A program made the position numbers and the translations under genes. The notes under the pieces are model-generated. The model worked only from the letters and a program-made list of their open reading frames with translations. It was not told the DNA's origin and did not search any database. From positions 1,364,001 to 1,428,000 of the forward strand of contig CM102285.1 in NCBI GenBank assembly GCA_046563655.1: a stretch of DNA of 64,000 nucleotides, in the 5' to 3' direction. This stretch comes from Yuukianura sp. NJ FZ-2021 (Eukaryota). Below, in pieces: positions 1 to 12,421 of the stretch. Position 1 is the stretch's first letter. Every line of letters starts with the position of its first letter.

Positions 1-597
1 TCTGCCGTTTTCACTAACCGAATTGGAAAGTAATTGCAGTACCATTTCCACACTCTGGAGTTCCGCCACAAGTCAGACCTTCAAAAAAACAATGTTTAGA
101 AATTTTTCAAAAAATGTTCAAAATTTTGAAAATGTTTTGTACCTTCGTCCTCCTGTTCTCCCAATGTTTCTATCGTAAATCATCCAAGTGATGTAGGCAA
201 GTCCAAAATACCAATAAGTGGTGTACAGTAGAACGTAAATGAGCAGTAATGGACCAAGAACAGGCAAAAACCAGATGAACAGCCATGATGCAACGCCAAA
301 CTGGATTTTGTTGTAATAATTATCATAATAAAATATAACTATAATTAATACAATAACTTTATATTAATTCATAAAAAATTCTTTCTCTTTACCGTTTCCA
401 AGCGCCTTGACCATGGAATCCAAAGCGGAGCAAATTCAATGAACCTAAAAAACATTTTTGGAAAACATAAATTTGTGAACATAAATTCAACAAATGAAAG
501 CTGTGAAACCAAAGTTTAAAAAGAATTAGAAAATGTAAAAAACCTACCGTTTCCGCTGTACGCACTGCTTATTTATAATTTCAGTTTCACTTATCAT
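1..597 (-). CDS. DGAT2/MOGAT-family acyltransferase, tandem paralog (5' part; runs off the window)
   Basis: Exons nearly identical to the gene at 1440-3202 (ATG 597 [45 protein letters not shown]), with the same intron positions. Confidence 0.8.
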
Positions 598-1439
598 TTT
601 TTCTGTTGAAAACTGTTTAGTTTTTTTTGTTTTCGAAAGTTTAACTTTCTTAGGAAATTTTTGTTAGAAATGTTTTATTTTTTTTTCATAGAGGTCACAG
701 ACGTTTCTCTTAAGAAGATCACTGATGCACTAGTGTCAAACCTGGAAAAAAAGAACACTATTATGCTGAATTTGTACTTGAATTTAACAATGCATCTGAC
801 GCGCGAGACCTGTCAAGGTTGCATTTTACCGTAAATTTTTTGAGAGAACCAATTCAAACTTAATATCATCAAAAACTTTAAAACCCTACAAGCTTCTTTC
901 AGAGTTTAGAACTTTTGCGGTAAAACAAAGAAAAGAAACACTTTTTAATCACTAATTAATTAGCTTACATTCGAAGGACAAGAACTCAAGGTCATTTCAA
1001 CATATAAAAAAATACATAATCTAAAATCTTAAAAATGAAAAAGTTTCTCACTCTAGTGGTTAAAGGCGTGAGAAAATAATAAGCTCAATTTCAAAATTTT
1101 TTTTTGGTTAATTTACGGAAAATTGTTAGCAAGATTGAAATTATTTTGGGTTTACTCATTTTTTTTCTAGCGGGTGAGTCCTTAACGATATTTTTGAGAT
1201 ATATCGAAACGAAATATTTCTCAGATATATTCGAAATATAGCTTAAAAACATAATGGTTATAATACGTTGGTTTTTATTACAGTGTATTGATAATTTTGA
1301 GAAATTTTGATCTCAATGTGAAATATGCGTGTTGTGGAAATTTTTGCAGGACATGCGCAGTTTTGCCATTACAAAAACTCGCAAGGGTTGAAAAAGAGCT
1401 CTTGTTTGAACAAAGCGCCAAATTTTGAAATTCTAACTT

Positions 1440-3202
1440 TCAAATGATGACGAGTTCAGAGTTTGCACGGCCGTATTTGTCACGATGTGCGTAGAACAAA
1501 TCTGTGAGTGCAGTTATGTACTTGGTATGAACTTCGTCAATATATTCTTGACTTGGATTGGCTTGTAGCTCCACAGGAATTGGTGCACCCACTGCAAAAT
1601 GGAATTTTTGAATATGATTTTCAAAATTTTGATTAAATTTTTGAAAAATCTTACCGACTGAAGTAATTGGACACCGTCTGGGAAGAATTCCAAACGAATA
1701 CTGAAAAATTCCTCTGCCTAAAACCAAAATTGGCGCTGGCCCGAATAGATCTACGCATTTATCCTGGAAATTCCTTAGCCAAGAGCCTTTCGGATTCTCC
1801 GGTTGAGAGTAAATGTCGGTTTCACCAAAACTGTAAATTGGTACTAGTGGCGCTCTGAAATTCAAAATTTTAAATTTTGAAAATGGCGGGAAATTTTGGA
1901 ATTTTCAAGTTTCAAGTTTCGTTTCTTTTTGTACCCATTTTGAATAGCGACCTTGATAAATCCTTTTCGCTTCTTCAAGTAAACAACGTCCGTTCCGGGA
2001 GATGAGTACAGTGCTAAAAAAATAATGTTACAAAATTTAGTTTAAAGAATTGTTAAAAATATTTAGGTAAAAATATTTAAGTAAAAAAAGGTTTTGGTAA
2101 GTTTTTGGAAAACGTTTTATAAAACTGCTTAAAAATTGCAGTTACTAACCTTCACGAGCTCCTCCAGGCACAATTACCACGCCGTTTCCAACACCGTTTT
2201 TACTCAGCAGAAAGTTCATACTTTCCCGCGATACGGAACATCCACCTACAAATATTGAAATTCAAACAGTTTTGAAAATTCTGTAAGTCAAAATTTTGTT
2301 TTGGACTTTGAGTTTATGAAAAATGATACCGCATGCTAGCACGACATCACGAAATCCGGGAATTCTGAAATTTCCGTCAAGCGTCAGAAACTTCATTTTA
2401 ATTCCAGGAAAAACTTGACTGACATTTGTGCCCTCGGAACCAAAATTTCCATGCAGACCTTCACGTTTTACACAAACTTAAAATCTCAAAAATTTCAAAA
2501 ATTTCGACAACTTTTTAGAAAAACGTTTTCCTCACCGGAACTGAACATTCCATGGGGGTGGTATGCCATTAAGTAGTTTCTGGATGGATCCAGTTCTGCC
2601 GTTTTCACTAACCGAATTGGAAAGTAATTGCAGTACCATTTCCACAGTTTGGAGTAGCGCCAGAAGTCAGAACTTCAAAAAACAATGTTTCGAAATTTTT
2701 CAAAAAAGTTCAAAATTTTGAAAATGTGTTATACCTTCGTCCCCCAAGTCTCCCAATGTTTCTATCGTAAATCAGCCAAGTGATGTAGGCAAGTCCGAAA
2801 TACCAATAAGTGGTGTACAGTAGAACGTAAATGAGCAGTAATGGACCAAGAACAGGAAATGACCAGAGGAACAGCCACGACGCAGTGCCAAACTGGAATT
2901 AGTTGTAATAATTATTATAATAACTAAATTAATAATTATTATAATAACTATAAATATAGATTTAGTTAAATTATACAAATTCTTTCTTAGTACCGTTTGC
3001 AAGCGCCTTGACCATGGAATCCAAAGCGGAGCAAATTCAATCAATCTAAAAAGTATACGAAAAAAATTTTTAGACCATCGTAAATTTCCGAACATCAATC
3101 TCGAAAAATAAAAACTGCAAAAGCAAAGATGATGAAAAAGTAAAAAAAAAAAAATAACTACCGTTTCCGCTGTAAGCACTGCTTAGTTTCAGTTTCACAC
3201 AT
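1440..3202 (-). CDS. DGAT2/MOGAT-family acyltransferase (multi-exon)
   Basis: Spliced exons give [40 protein letters not shown] (HPHG catalytic motif), [42 protein letters not shown]; stop 1440-1442. Confidence 0.88.
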
Positions 3203-4152
3203 TTTTCTTGTGTTCAAATTTTTTGAAAAAATTTAACTTTTTCCTTGGAAAATTGTTACAAATTTTTGGTTTTCTCTGACAGAGGTCACAGGAGCTTCCA
3301 AGGAGGTCGTTGGGGAGGGAAGTAAAGTCAAATCTTGAAAAGCAGATTATTGTGCTCAAAGTCATTTGAATTTAGTAATCACATGTATCATATGCATACG
3401 ATGCTTATTCTTAAAGCGGTACTCTATTCTACTATTTCTATCCAGTGTTTATCTGGAGGTATGATAAACTTTTAAACTTGTGACTTACTCACATGTTCTG
3501 CTAAATAGGACAGGCATGAGTCCATTAGTATAGTAGAAATTAGAACTCACTGATAGAAGTGAAACTACATTCTGCAATCTAAAAATGATGCGTGGCCCTA
3601 TGCCAAAGTTCCATTTTACCGCAAATCTCTTGATAGAACCAATTCGAACTGAAGAGCACCCAAAGCTTTCAAAAACTTATTAGCTTTAAAATATATTTAT
3701 CCAAATTCTTTTTAAACTTAGCTTTTCTTAAGTTATTAGAACTTTTATGGTAAAAATCGGACAGACTACGAAATAAAAACAATTACAGGCGGTCTAATTC
3801 CAATGTATAATTAAAATTAGGTAAATAAAATTATTATATATTATATAAATTATTTTTTATAGGTTAATAAAATTAGTCATAATGTAAAATCTCTAAAAGT
3901 TATACAACTTTCTTAACTTTGTGAAGGCGTGAGAAAATAATATAAACCAACGGATATTTGTGTGGTTTAAAATGTTTCCGGTTCATCCATGAACTTTGAA
4001 ACTTTGTTTCGTAATTTTTCCTTAAATTATATTAAAATTTCAAATAAAAAAACACTGTAACCAAAATTTCGGAATTGAACTTTGTGTAGAACGGAATTAA
4101 TTGATTTTTTAAACAAAATAATAATTTGCTGGATATTAATTAAGTTTTAGCA

Positions 4153-4453
4153 ATGGGTAAAATAAGTTTTGCTCTTTCGTTGATCCTGTTCATAGCATTT
4201 TGCATGCTGCTGCAGGTCATTCACGACAATGACAGAGTTTCTTACGGTAATAGTTAACATTATTTCAAAAACTAATGCAACATATACTATAAATAGTAAA
4301 TTTTCAAGTATTATTTGTTGTGTTGTGACCTTTGACCTTTATGATTATATTCATTTAGATCCGAATGACTATGGTGAATGGGGATCGCGACCACACCGTC
4401 TTCCAAAACGTTTCTTCGGCATGCCCGTAGTATATCGAGACAATGACGAGTAG
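4153..4453 (+). CDS. Small secreted peptide precursor, 62 aa, 2 exons (4153-4246, 4359-4453)
   Basis: A phase-compatible GT-AG intron joins a signal peptide to a mature region: MGKISFALSLILFIAFCMLLQVIHDNDRVSYDPNDYGEWGSRPHRLPKRFFGMPVVYRDNDE; AATAAA near 4604. Confidence 0.65.
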
Positions 4454-5602
4454 AATAGCCTAATGCTCGAAAAAAATCGACATTAAAACTGACAAAATTG
4501 TCGAATTTTTGGAAGAATTGTTGTTACTTTTTTTTTTCAAAATTTGGTCTACTTCATTTAAACTTCTTTGTGTCAAAGGCAAACCATGGTCAAGTAATAT
4601 GAAAATAAAAGTTCAAACAAATACTTCTGCTCTACATTATTATTTTTTAATAAATTAATTGTTTAGTTTAATTAACGTCATAAATTTGGAAGCATAACGT
4701 TTTGGGAAAGACGTTTTGTATTTGTTTTTATGATGCGTCAGCAAGAACTAAATGGTAAGTGATCAAAGTCACGTTGCAATCATGTCTATAACACTCACTA
4801 ATCCTAATTAGTGACGAAATTGTATGACGCAATTTTTCGCAAAAGTTGTCAATTTTGTTTTTCCAAATTTTAATCTGTGAACCAATTTTGCAAGTGACCT
4901 GAGTTTTCAGTGACGTTATTAAATTTGTTTAGAAATACAATTTATAAAATTATAACAAATTCCAGAAACACATTTCCAACGTCAATTATATTTTATAGCT
5001 AGTACTAAGAATTTTTGCGTTACACTTTATAAATGATACATGTATGTTACATTACTAAAGATGATCTTAACTTGCTATTAAGTGATTAGGTTTACAAATT
5101 GATTAACGGTAATTATACGTTTACTCTACGTTGCAAAAAGTTGAAAACAAAAAATAACGCATCATTGGCTTGAAATTATCAGAGAATGAATGAAACGTTT
5201 GCGTTTCGTATTTGGGGGGATAGCAAATTTTTGCACAAATTTCTGCTAACGTTTAGCGCAAACTTTGCCCAACGTCATTCAACAAAAGTGTGTTGAGTGT
5301 GTGTTACGTGTTACACGAACCGACAAAAAAAAAGAAAGTTGACGCATTTCATTTCTTTTTCAATTGAAATTTTTCATCTGCTTGAGGTTTTTTGCTAATT
5401 TGGCTAATTAGGTACTAATTGCTAAATTTTCCAATTTACTACTCTAATAAATCAGTTTTTTAACCTTTCATTCAATTTGAAAACGTTTGAACAATAAGGT
5501 CCAATTGTAATAACCGATCCGAACAGTAAAGTAATTAATTTTTGCTAAATTCGGCCGTCAATTGGAAATTGGAATTTAACTTGAAACTCAATTACAAATA
5601 CA

Positions 5603-8600
5603 ATGGGTATTCCGAAGTTCTATCGTTGGATATCCGAACGATATCCATGTCTGAGCGAGAAAATACGAGAATATCAAGTAAGTAATGAATTTTTAAAGTT
5701 ACTGGTAGCAGCATATCAATGAAGCAAATGATGATTGTCATGATTTCGTTTTTTTTTGCAGATTCCGGAATTTGATAATTTGTACTTGGATATGAATGGG
5801 ATAATTCACTCTTGCTCTCATCCAAATGACGAAGATATCCACTTACGAATTCCGGAGAAGAATATCTTCAGCGACATTTTTCAGTACATTGACTTCTTGT
5901 TCAAAATGATCAAACCGAGGCGAACTTTCTTTATGGCCGTTGACGGTGTCGCACCCAGAGCCAAAATGAATCAAGTACACCACTTAAAATGAATGAATAG
6001 AACTAAATATAGTTTACTGAATGTAGTCAATGTTTCAATTGTGTTGATTAGCAACGTGGTAGGAGATTTCGATCTGCAAAATTGGCAGAAGAGCAAGAAG
6101 CAGAGGCCCTTAGAAAAGGAGAAGCCCTTCCCAGCGAAGAACGTTTCGACAGTAATTGTATCACTCCAGGAACTGAATTTATGGCTAGACTTCACGAGCA
6201 ACTTCAATTCTTCACTAAAGTCAAGGTGTCTACGGATCCACTTTGGCAGCGGAAAGGTCTCACGATTATTCTTTCTGGTCACGATGTTCCTGGCGAAGGA
6301 GAACATAAAATCATGGACTACATTCGACACATTCGGTCCAAAAAGGATTACGATCCGGACACTCGTCACTGTCTATATGGTTTAGATGCAGATTTGATCA
6401 TGCTTGGCCTTTCTACTCATGAGCTTAGGTTTTCGCTGCTCAGGTAAGTTTTTTGCTGAACTACTAACAGCTTCTGATGACGACGAACAGTGTATTCTAA
6501 CCATTATCTAGCTCCACTTTCACGATTACTAATTAACTTTATGTCATTTCAGGGAGGAAGTAAAGTTCTCAAGACCAAAAAAGAAGAAGGAAGGTAGAAA
6601 GAGACCGGGCCAGAAGAATTACGATCCGACAAAACTGATTCAGTTCGTTCCCGCCGGTAGTGTCGTCGTCAATCACGAAACCAACGGCAACATTTCGTAC
6701 GCCGCTGCAGTCCAAACACCACCAGCTCCACAGCCTTGCATTGATTCTCCGTCCTCGTCAGCTGTTGAATCGCCTAAAAAAAATTCAAACCCAATTCAAT
6801 TTACACGTGAAGATGAGGGGGCCAAGGGCACATACCGAGCTCCACTCCCTGAGAAAACTACGTTTCTACTGCTACACTTATCCCTTCTACGTGATTATAT
6901 CGACGAAGAATTCCAAGGGCTCAGGACAGCTCTCGAGGGCCATCCAAAAGTCAAATATGATCTTGAAAAAGTAATCGACGACTGGATCCTTCTGAGCATT
7001 TTAGTTGGAAACGACTTTGTTCCACATCTTCCCATGCTGCATATCGTTCGTGGTGCGTTTCCAATGTTATACAATACGTACATGGCCCTTCTGCCTAAAC
7101 TGGACGGCTACATCAATGAAAACGGGACGTTACATCTCGGCCGACTGGAAGTTTTTCTCCAAACTCTTTCCAGTTTTGACTTGGAAGTGTTTCGTGAAAC
7201 TTATGACGATATGAAGTACATGGAGTCCAAAACTGGAAGGAAGATTGTCCTTGGAGATAAAATGTTTGGTCCAGTAGTTTCTGGAGGGAGTGAAGAAGAT
7301 GAAGGAGAGGAAGAAATTACTTCATCCGACCTTAAGGCTCTGATAGCAAGAACCGAAGTAGAACTGGGACTTGATTCGGGAAATGCCACTGCAGCAGAAT
7401 TTTATGTCCCAAAGGGGTACTTTGACCCACAAGATTCAAACGAATTCAGGCTGGAATTCCTTCAATATAAAAGGAACTATTACATGGAGAAGATGGGAAT
7501 GGACGTTGTTACGAAGGAGAGTATTCGCGGCATGTCAGAAGAGTATGTTAGAGCCCTTCAGTGGGTACTTAGCTACTACTACAAAGGAGTGTCATCTTGG
7601 GGCTGGTTTTACCCGCATCACTATGGTCCATTCTGCTCAGACATCCATCATCTGGAATCGTTTAACATGGAATTTGAGAAAGGTCAACCATTCAAACCGT
7701 TTGAACAACTTCTCGGAGTTTTACCATCACAAAGTGGAAAACTTCTTCCAAAATGCTTTTACGTGAGTGATTTTGGCCAAAAATTGTGGCTGGGTATATC
7801 AACCATTTAACCAACAGCTGATTTGCACGAACCACCAGCACCACCTAACATATGTACTAACCTTAACTAAAAGTTTAGTTGGTTGGTTATTATAATCTTA
7901 AGTTCTTTAGTTCCACTTGAATGATGAAGAATTAATGTTGATTTTGTTTTGATTTGATGTTGTGTAGGATCTGATGATCAATGCTGAATCTCCAATTCTG
8001 GACTTCTATCCGAAAGAATTCGAGAACGATTTGAATGGAAAACGAAACGATTGGGAAGCTGTCGTTCTAATTCCATTTATAGACGAGAATCGACTTCTCA
8101 CAGCAATGAAGCAGAAGATGACCCTGACCGAGGAAGAAGCGCACCGAAATGCCCGTGGCCGCATGCACACCTACTGGTAACAACTACTTACTAGGACCAG
8201 CTTACTAAAATTTTAATTTATCGTTTAGTTTGTTAGGAAGAAAGATAGGATTCACTAAATGACTAATTCTTTCACGCATTTATCAGGTATAGTCCAAAGG
8301 ATGGCAGTGAGATACGATCGCTCGGTGACATGTTTCTGCCGCTACCGGTTTCCCATGTATCGGAAGAGCTGACTTACGACGTCCTTTATGACAAAACTTT
8401 ACTTCCAAAAGGTCTCCATCCGATGGCCAAAAGAGACAAAATCTATCAAGGATTTCCAACTTTGAAATCTATCAAACATACTGTAATTTTTCATCAATTG
8501 ATCACTGTATCTTTTCAAGTTTGTTTAAAACTGGCTACAAGTTGACGTTTTGTGCGTTTCGAATCATTTCAGAGCAAATTGGACCGAGCCGAGATCAAAG

Positions 8601-11308
8601 TATTTGACTTTGTCACAAAAGAAGAGTCAATGGTCATCACTCTTACACAGGGCCAACCAGATCCAGCCCGAGTACTTGCCAAACAACTACTTGGAAAGTA
8701 TGTTTGGGTCAATTGGCCTCACTTGACCTCTGCTGTTGTCATGGGTGTGTCTGACAACAAAGAGAAATACTACCTCGCATATCATAATCGTCATGGAGAT
8801 CCAGTCATTTGCAAAGGTCAGTTAATCACTCAAACGCCTTCATCATGTTACATGTCTCGAAATTTCCCGCGGAAAGAATTGTCGAAGGATAAGCATCTTA
8901 AATGTTATATTATGTTATAGATGACCGCTATAACCCCAGAATGCACTCCAGCATAGTCGAAACGTTGGTGGAACGACATCTGATGTACAAGGGAATCCAT
9001 CTCGGTGAAGTTCCAGTCCTTATTTGGGCAAAAACTATGGAGGGACGGCGTATCTATTGCGGCCAAACTGGAGAAGTAAGAGTCGAACGACAGTGGAGTC
9101 GCAACGAACAACCGTTTGCACTTCGAACAACTTTGTATCATAAAGCGCAATCTCAATCTGTCCAGGAGACATTCATGCTGGATCGACATCTACCAGCAGC
9201 ATTCATAGACCTATTTACTCCAAATGACTTGGTAGTTTGCATCGGTGGAAAATACTTTGGATCTGTTGGAATCGTTGAGTCAATCAACCGAAAATTTGTA
9301 TCCGTGTCTGTAAATTTGGACAGAAGTGGGACATTTGAAGAGAATTTGGGACGGTCCCTGGGAGAAGGAATACTCAAGAGCAGAGTTTACTACACTTCGG
9401 CTGAAGTGTCATCCAGGTTCCAAATTCCTGGATTGGCAATTGCTAAGCTCACTGGGACAGTGTACTTGGCAGCACCTACTGCTGGAGCACCTAAAGCATC
9501 TCCGACTAAAGGGAAAGGAAGGAAGAAAAAGGAGTCGGAGTGTGATCCACAGGAAGACAAAACTTGGAAGGAAAATATCGGTTTGAATTTGAAATTTAAC
9601 AAGAGGAACTTGGAAGTTCGCGGGTACACAAGGAGATGCGATAATCAGTGGTTATACTCTAGAAAAACCGTGGATGTGCTTCTTGGTAAAGCTGAGATTA
9701 CTTAAAAATTAATCATTTTTATAAAATTTTGACTAATTACGTTTTTTTTACGATGTTTCAAACAGAGTACTGTGAGAAATTTCCAGAAGTGGTCCGATTT
9801 TTTAGCGGAATGGAACAAAATGGATCTGAGCATCGCGATAGTTTTGCAGCCGAAGAATTTTTTCCGAATGACACACAGAAGCGACTGGATTCGTTGCTTG
9901 ACTGGATTGACGAAAAGGGACTCAAGCACCTTCCACGAATTCCCATCAATTCAAAAGTGCTGGATGATGAAGATGTGCTGGCAGTATGGAAGCACGTAGG
10001 GGAACAGAAGTCCACGGTGGCCAATGCCAAGATAACTGTGTCCGTTCCTGCCCATGAGTTGCATAAGGTACAAACTCGCTTGCATATGAGAATACTTTTT
10101 AAAAACGAAAAAAAAAGTTGTTGTTTTTTGTTTGTTTCTTTTATGTTTTTTTTATACTAAAGTTATTGTGCTTGTTTCAGCCTGGAATCAACCGAGGATG
10201 TGTTGGAGCGGGAGAGACTGGAGTTGAATTTGAAGTTCTGGATCGAGTAGTTTGTATTGATCCAAGTGGACCAATCTCAATTGGACAGCGTGGTACAGTC
10301 GTTGGACTCCAGAATCCAGTTGACGAAGAACGGCAAGAAGAAGAAGCCTTCCGATCCACTTCAGCGACAGTGCTCAAGACGATCATTGTTCTTCCAGATC
10401 CAACTTATGTGCCACCGCAAGTCATAAAAGGAAGAGGCAAGGGGATGAAGGGAAAAGAAGAAGACATGCGACGTGGTCTGATCTCTCTGTTGAATATTAA
10501 GGTTGACAAGGAAGTGATACCCAGCGACGGTCCGAAACTTCTCAGTTTTTACCCGTTTCAACTCCTAAACATTTCGGACTATCAGAGAAAAAACCCATTT
10601 GTGATGGAGAAACAACCGGAACGACAGTTCGTATTTCCACGGTCTCCCGCCGCCATTCATGTACGACCTCAAGCTCAAATAGACATGGGTGTATCCAGAA
10701 GTTATATGGAACCACTGCATCGAAGCCAAGAACCGTATCGAGGTCACGTACCGTTGCCGGACCGAAAACCGGTACGAGGTGGAGAACCGTTTCAAGTGCC
10801 GTTGCCGGGTCAAAACCCATTTCGAACTCAGGCACCTCATAAGAGTGAGGCACCGTTACTGGCTCAAAACCCGTTTCACTTACTGTTGCGAAGTCAAAAA
10901 CCGGTTCCAGGTCAAGTACACGTACTGGTTCGCGGCCAAGCACCGACACGAGGGCAAGCACCGTTTCCGGTTCAAGAACCGCCGCCAGTACAAGTGCCAA
11001 TACCTCCGGTTTCAAGTAAAGTACCTCCGATTCCAGCAAAAACACTATCAGCTGATGCTCCATCGTTTACTCCTCGCGCTTCAGTAGCGCCATTCCAACC
11101 TCAGGTACCGTTTTCTGAAATAACAAATTCAACTCAGGTACCGAATTTCGCTGGGGTACCGAAACCACTTACGTCTCCACTAATACCGACGCAGCACCAA
11201 AACGGTACTGCTAATACTTCGCCACCGAAACCAGCGAAGAAGCCACTTACACCTAAGAGAATGGCAGCAAATTTTGCACAGCCGCCGCCACGCCCTCTTC
11301 GTCAATAA
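5603..11308 (+). CDS. XRN1: 5'-3' exoribonuclease 1 (multi-exon)
   Basis: MGIPKFYRWISERYP, FDNLYLDMNGIIH, AVDGVAPRAKMNQQRGRRFRSA, FDSNCITPGTEFM, VPGEGEHKIM, HCLYGLDADLIMLGL, GNDFVPHLP, SWGWFYPHHYGP, KPFEQLLGVLP. C-terminal NIGLNLKF and FEVLDRVV segments are typical of XRN1 rather than XRN2. Confidence 0.93.
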
Positions 11309-12421
11309 AAATCGAAATCGTTTTCAAAATGAAGAACCAATTTTACTTCTCAGGGCAAGTTAGTTAGACTTGTTTAAAATTTTTAAGTAAAGTAAGGATT
11401 GGTTTTACTAATACAGAAATAATTAATTTGTAGAGTATTCTAAAATTTACTAATTCGGTTTTCGCGCGAATTTTCAGTTTAACAAAATGATATTATGTAA
11501 ATAATGTTATCTAAGAAGGAAAACTGAATGTTTGTAGCGCGTACATTAATTTGTGGTAGAGTAAATCAAAATTTCATAAGTTCTTGTTCAAAAGTTGGTG
11601 AATTCCAAAGTTCCAAATTACATCGAAAAAGAAAATATACGCTACCAAATTATGTTTTGTTTCTGGATGAAATTTGGAAATTTTGAATTCAACAAATTTT
11701 GCTTTTTTTTTCTTGTGTATGATAACTTGTTAATCACACAGGTCAAAGTGTAAACCAACAAAAATTCCAGTACGTGGAATTGTATTTCCAGTTTTGGAAT
11801 TTGACGTTTTGGAAAATCCCACCAGATTTTGAGCACTTCAAAAAACTGATGTTATCGTACGAGTCTCATGATGGGAATACTCTCATGACTTTCAAAATTT
11901 TGAAACTCATTTTCAGGAAGAGGAATTTTTATGGTGCCACTCAAGTTCGGACTTTATTCCCACTTTGGACTTTGGCGTTTCCACTGGACGTAATGTGCTG
12001 TTCATGTTTGTTTCGACTAATCAAATTTCGTTTTTCATCCCACATGATTCTATTTTGTTGTTGTACTTTGTTCTCATGTTCTCAAATTTTAAAAATTTTG
12101 AACTATAAAAACATCACATTGTACTTCAAACATGTTTCTGGGTCAGAACTCGAATCAATTGTATCAATACTTGCTATTTGGAGTACACAGAAAAAAGATA
12201 AAAAGTCAAAAAACGGCTTGAGATTTAAAAATTATCAAAATTTTACAACAAAAATTTAGCAACTTTTCGAGATAAAACTTCACTTTTGTTCTGGAAGTTG
12301 AGAAGCGATCGCTTTTTTTTTTGTTCTGGAGAGACAAAATTTGAAATGTAAGTGACAAACTCATCTTAAACTTTATTGGCCTTTTTTCTTCAAATTTTGA
12401 TTTTTTTTTAGAATTTTGAAA

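Noticed and set aside
11774-12259. 161 aa ORF upstream of the NRPS, and similar AT-rich or antisense ORFs in the track
   Set aside because: F/K/L-rich composition typical of non-coding AT-rich DNA or shadows of real genes; no motifs or splice support.
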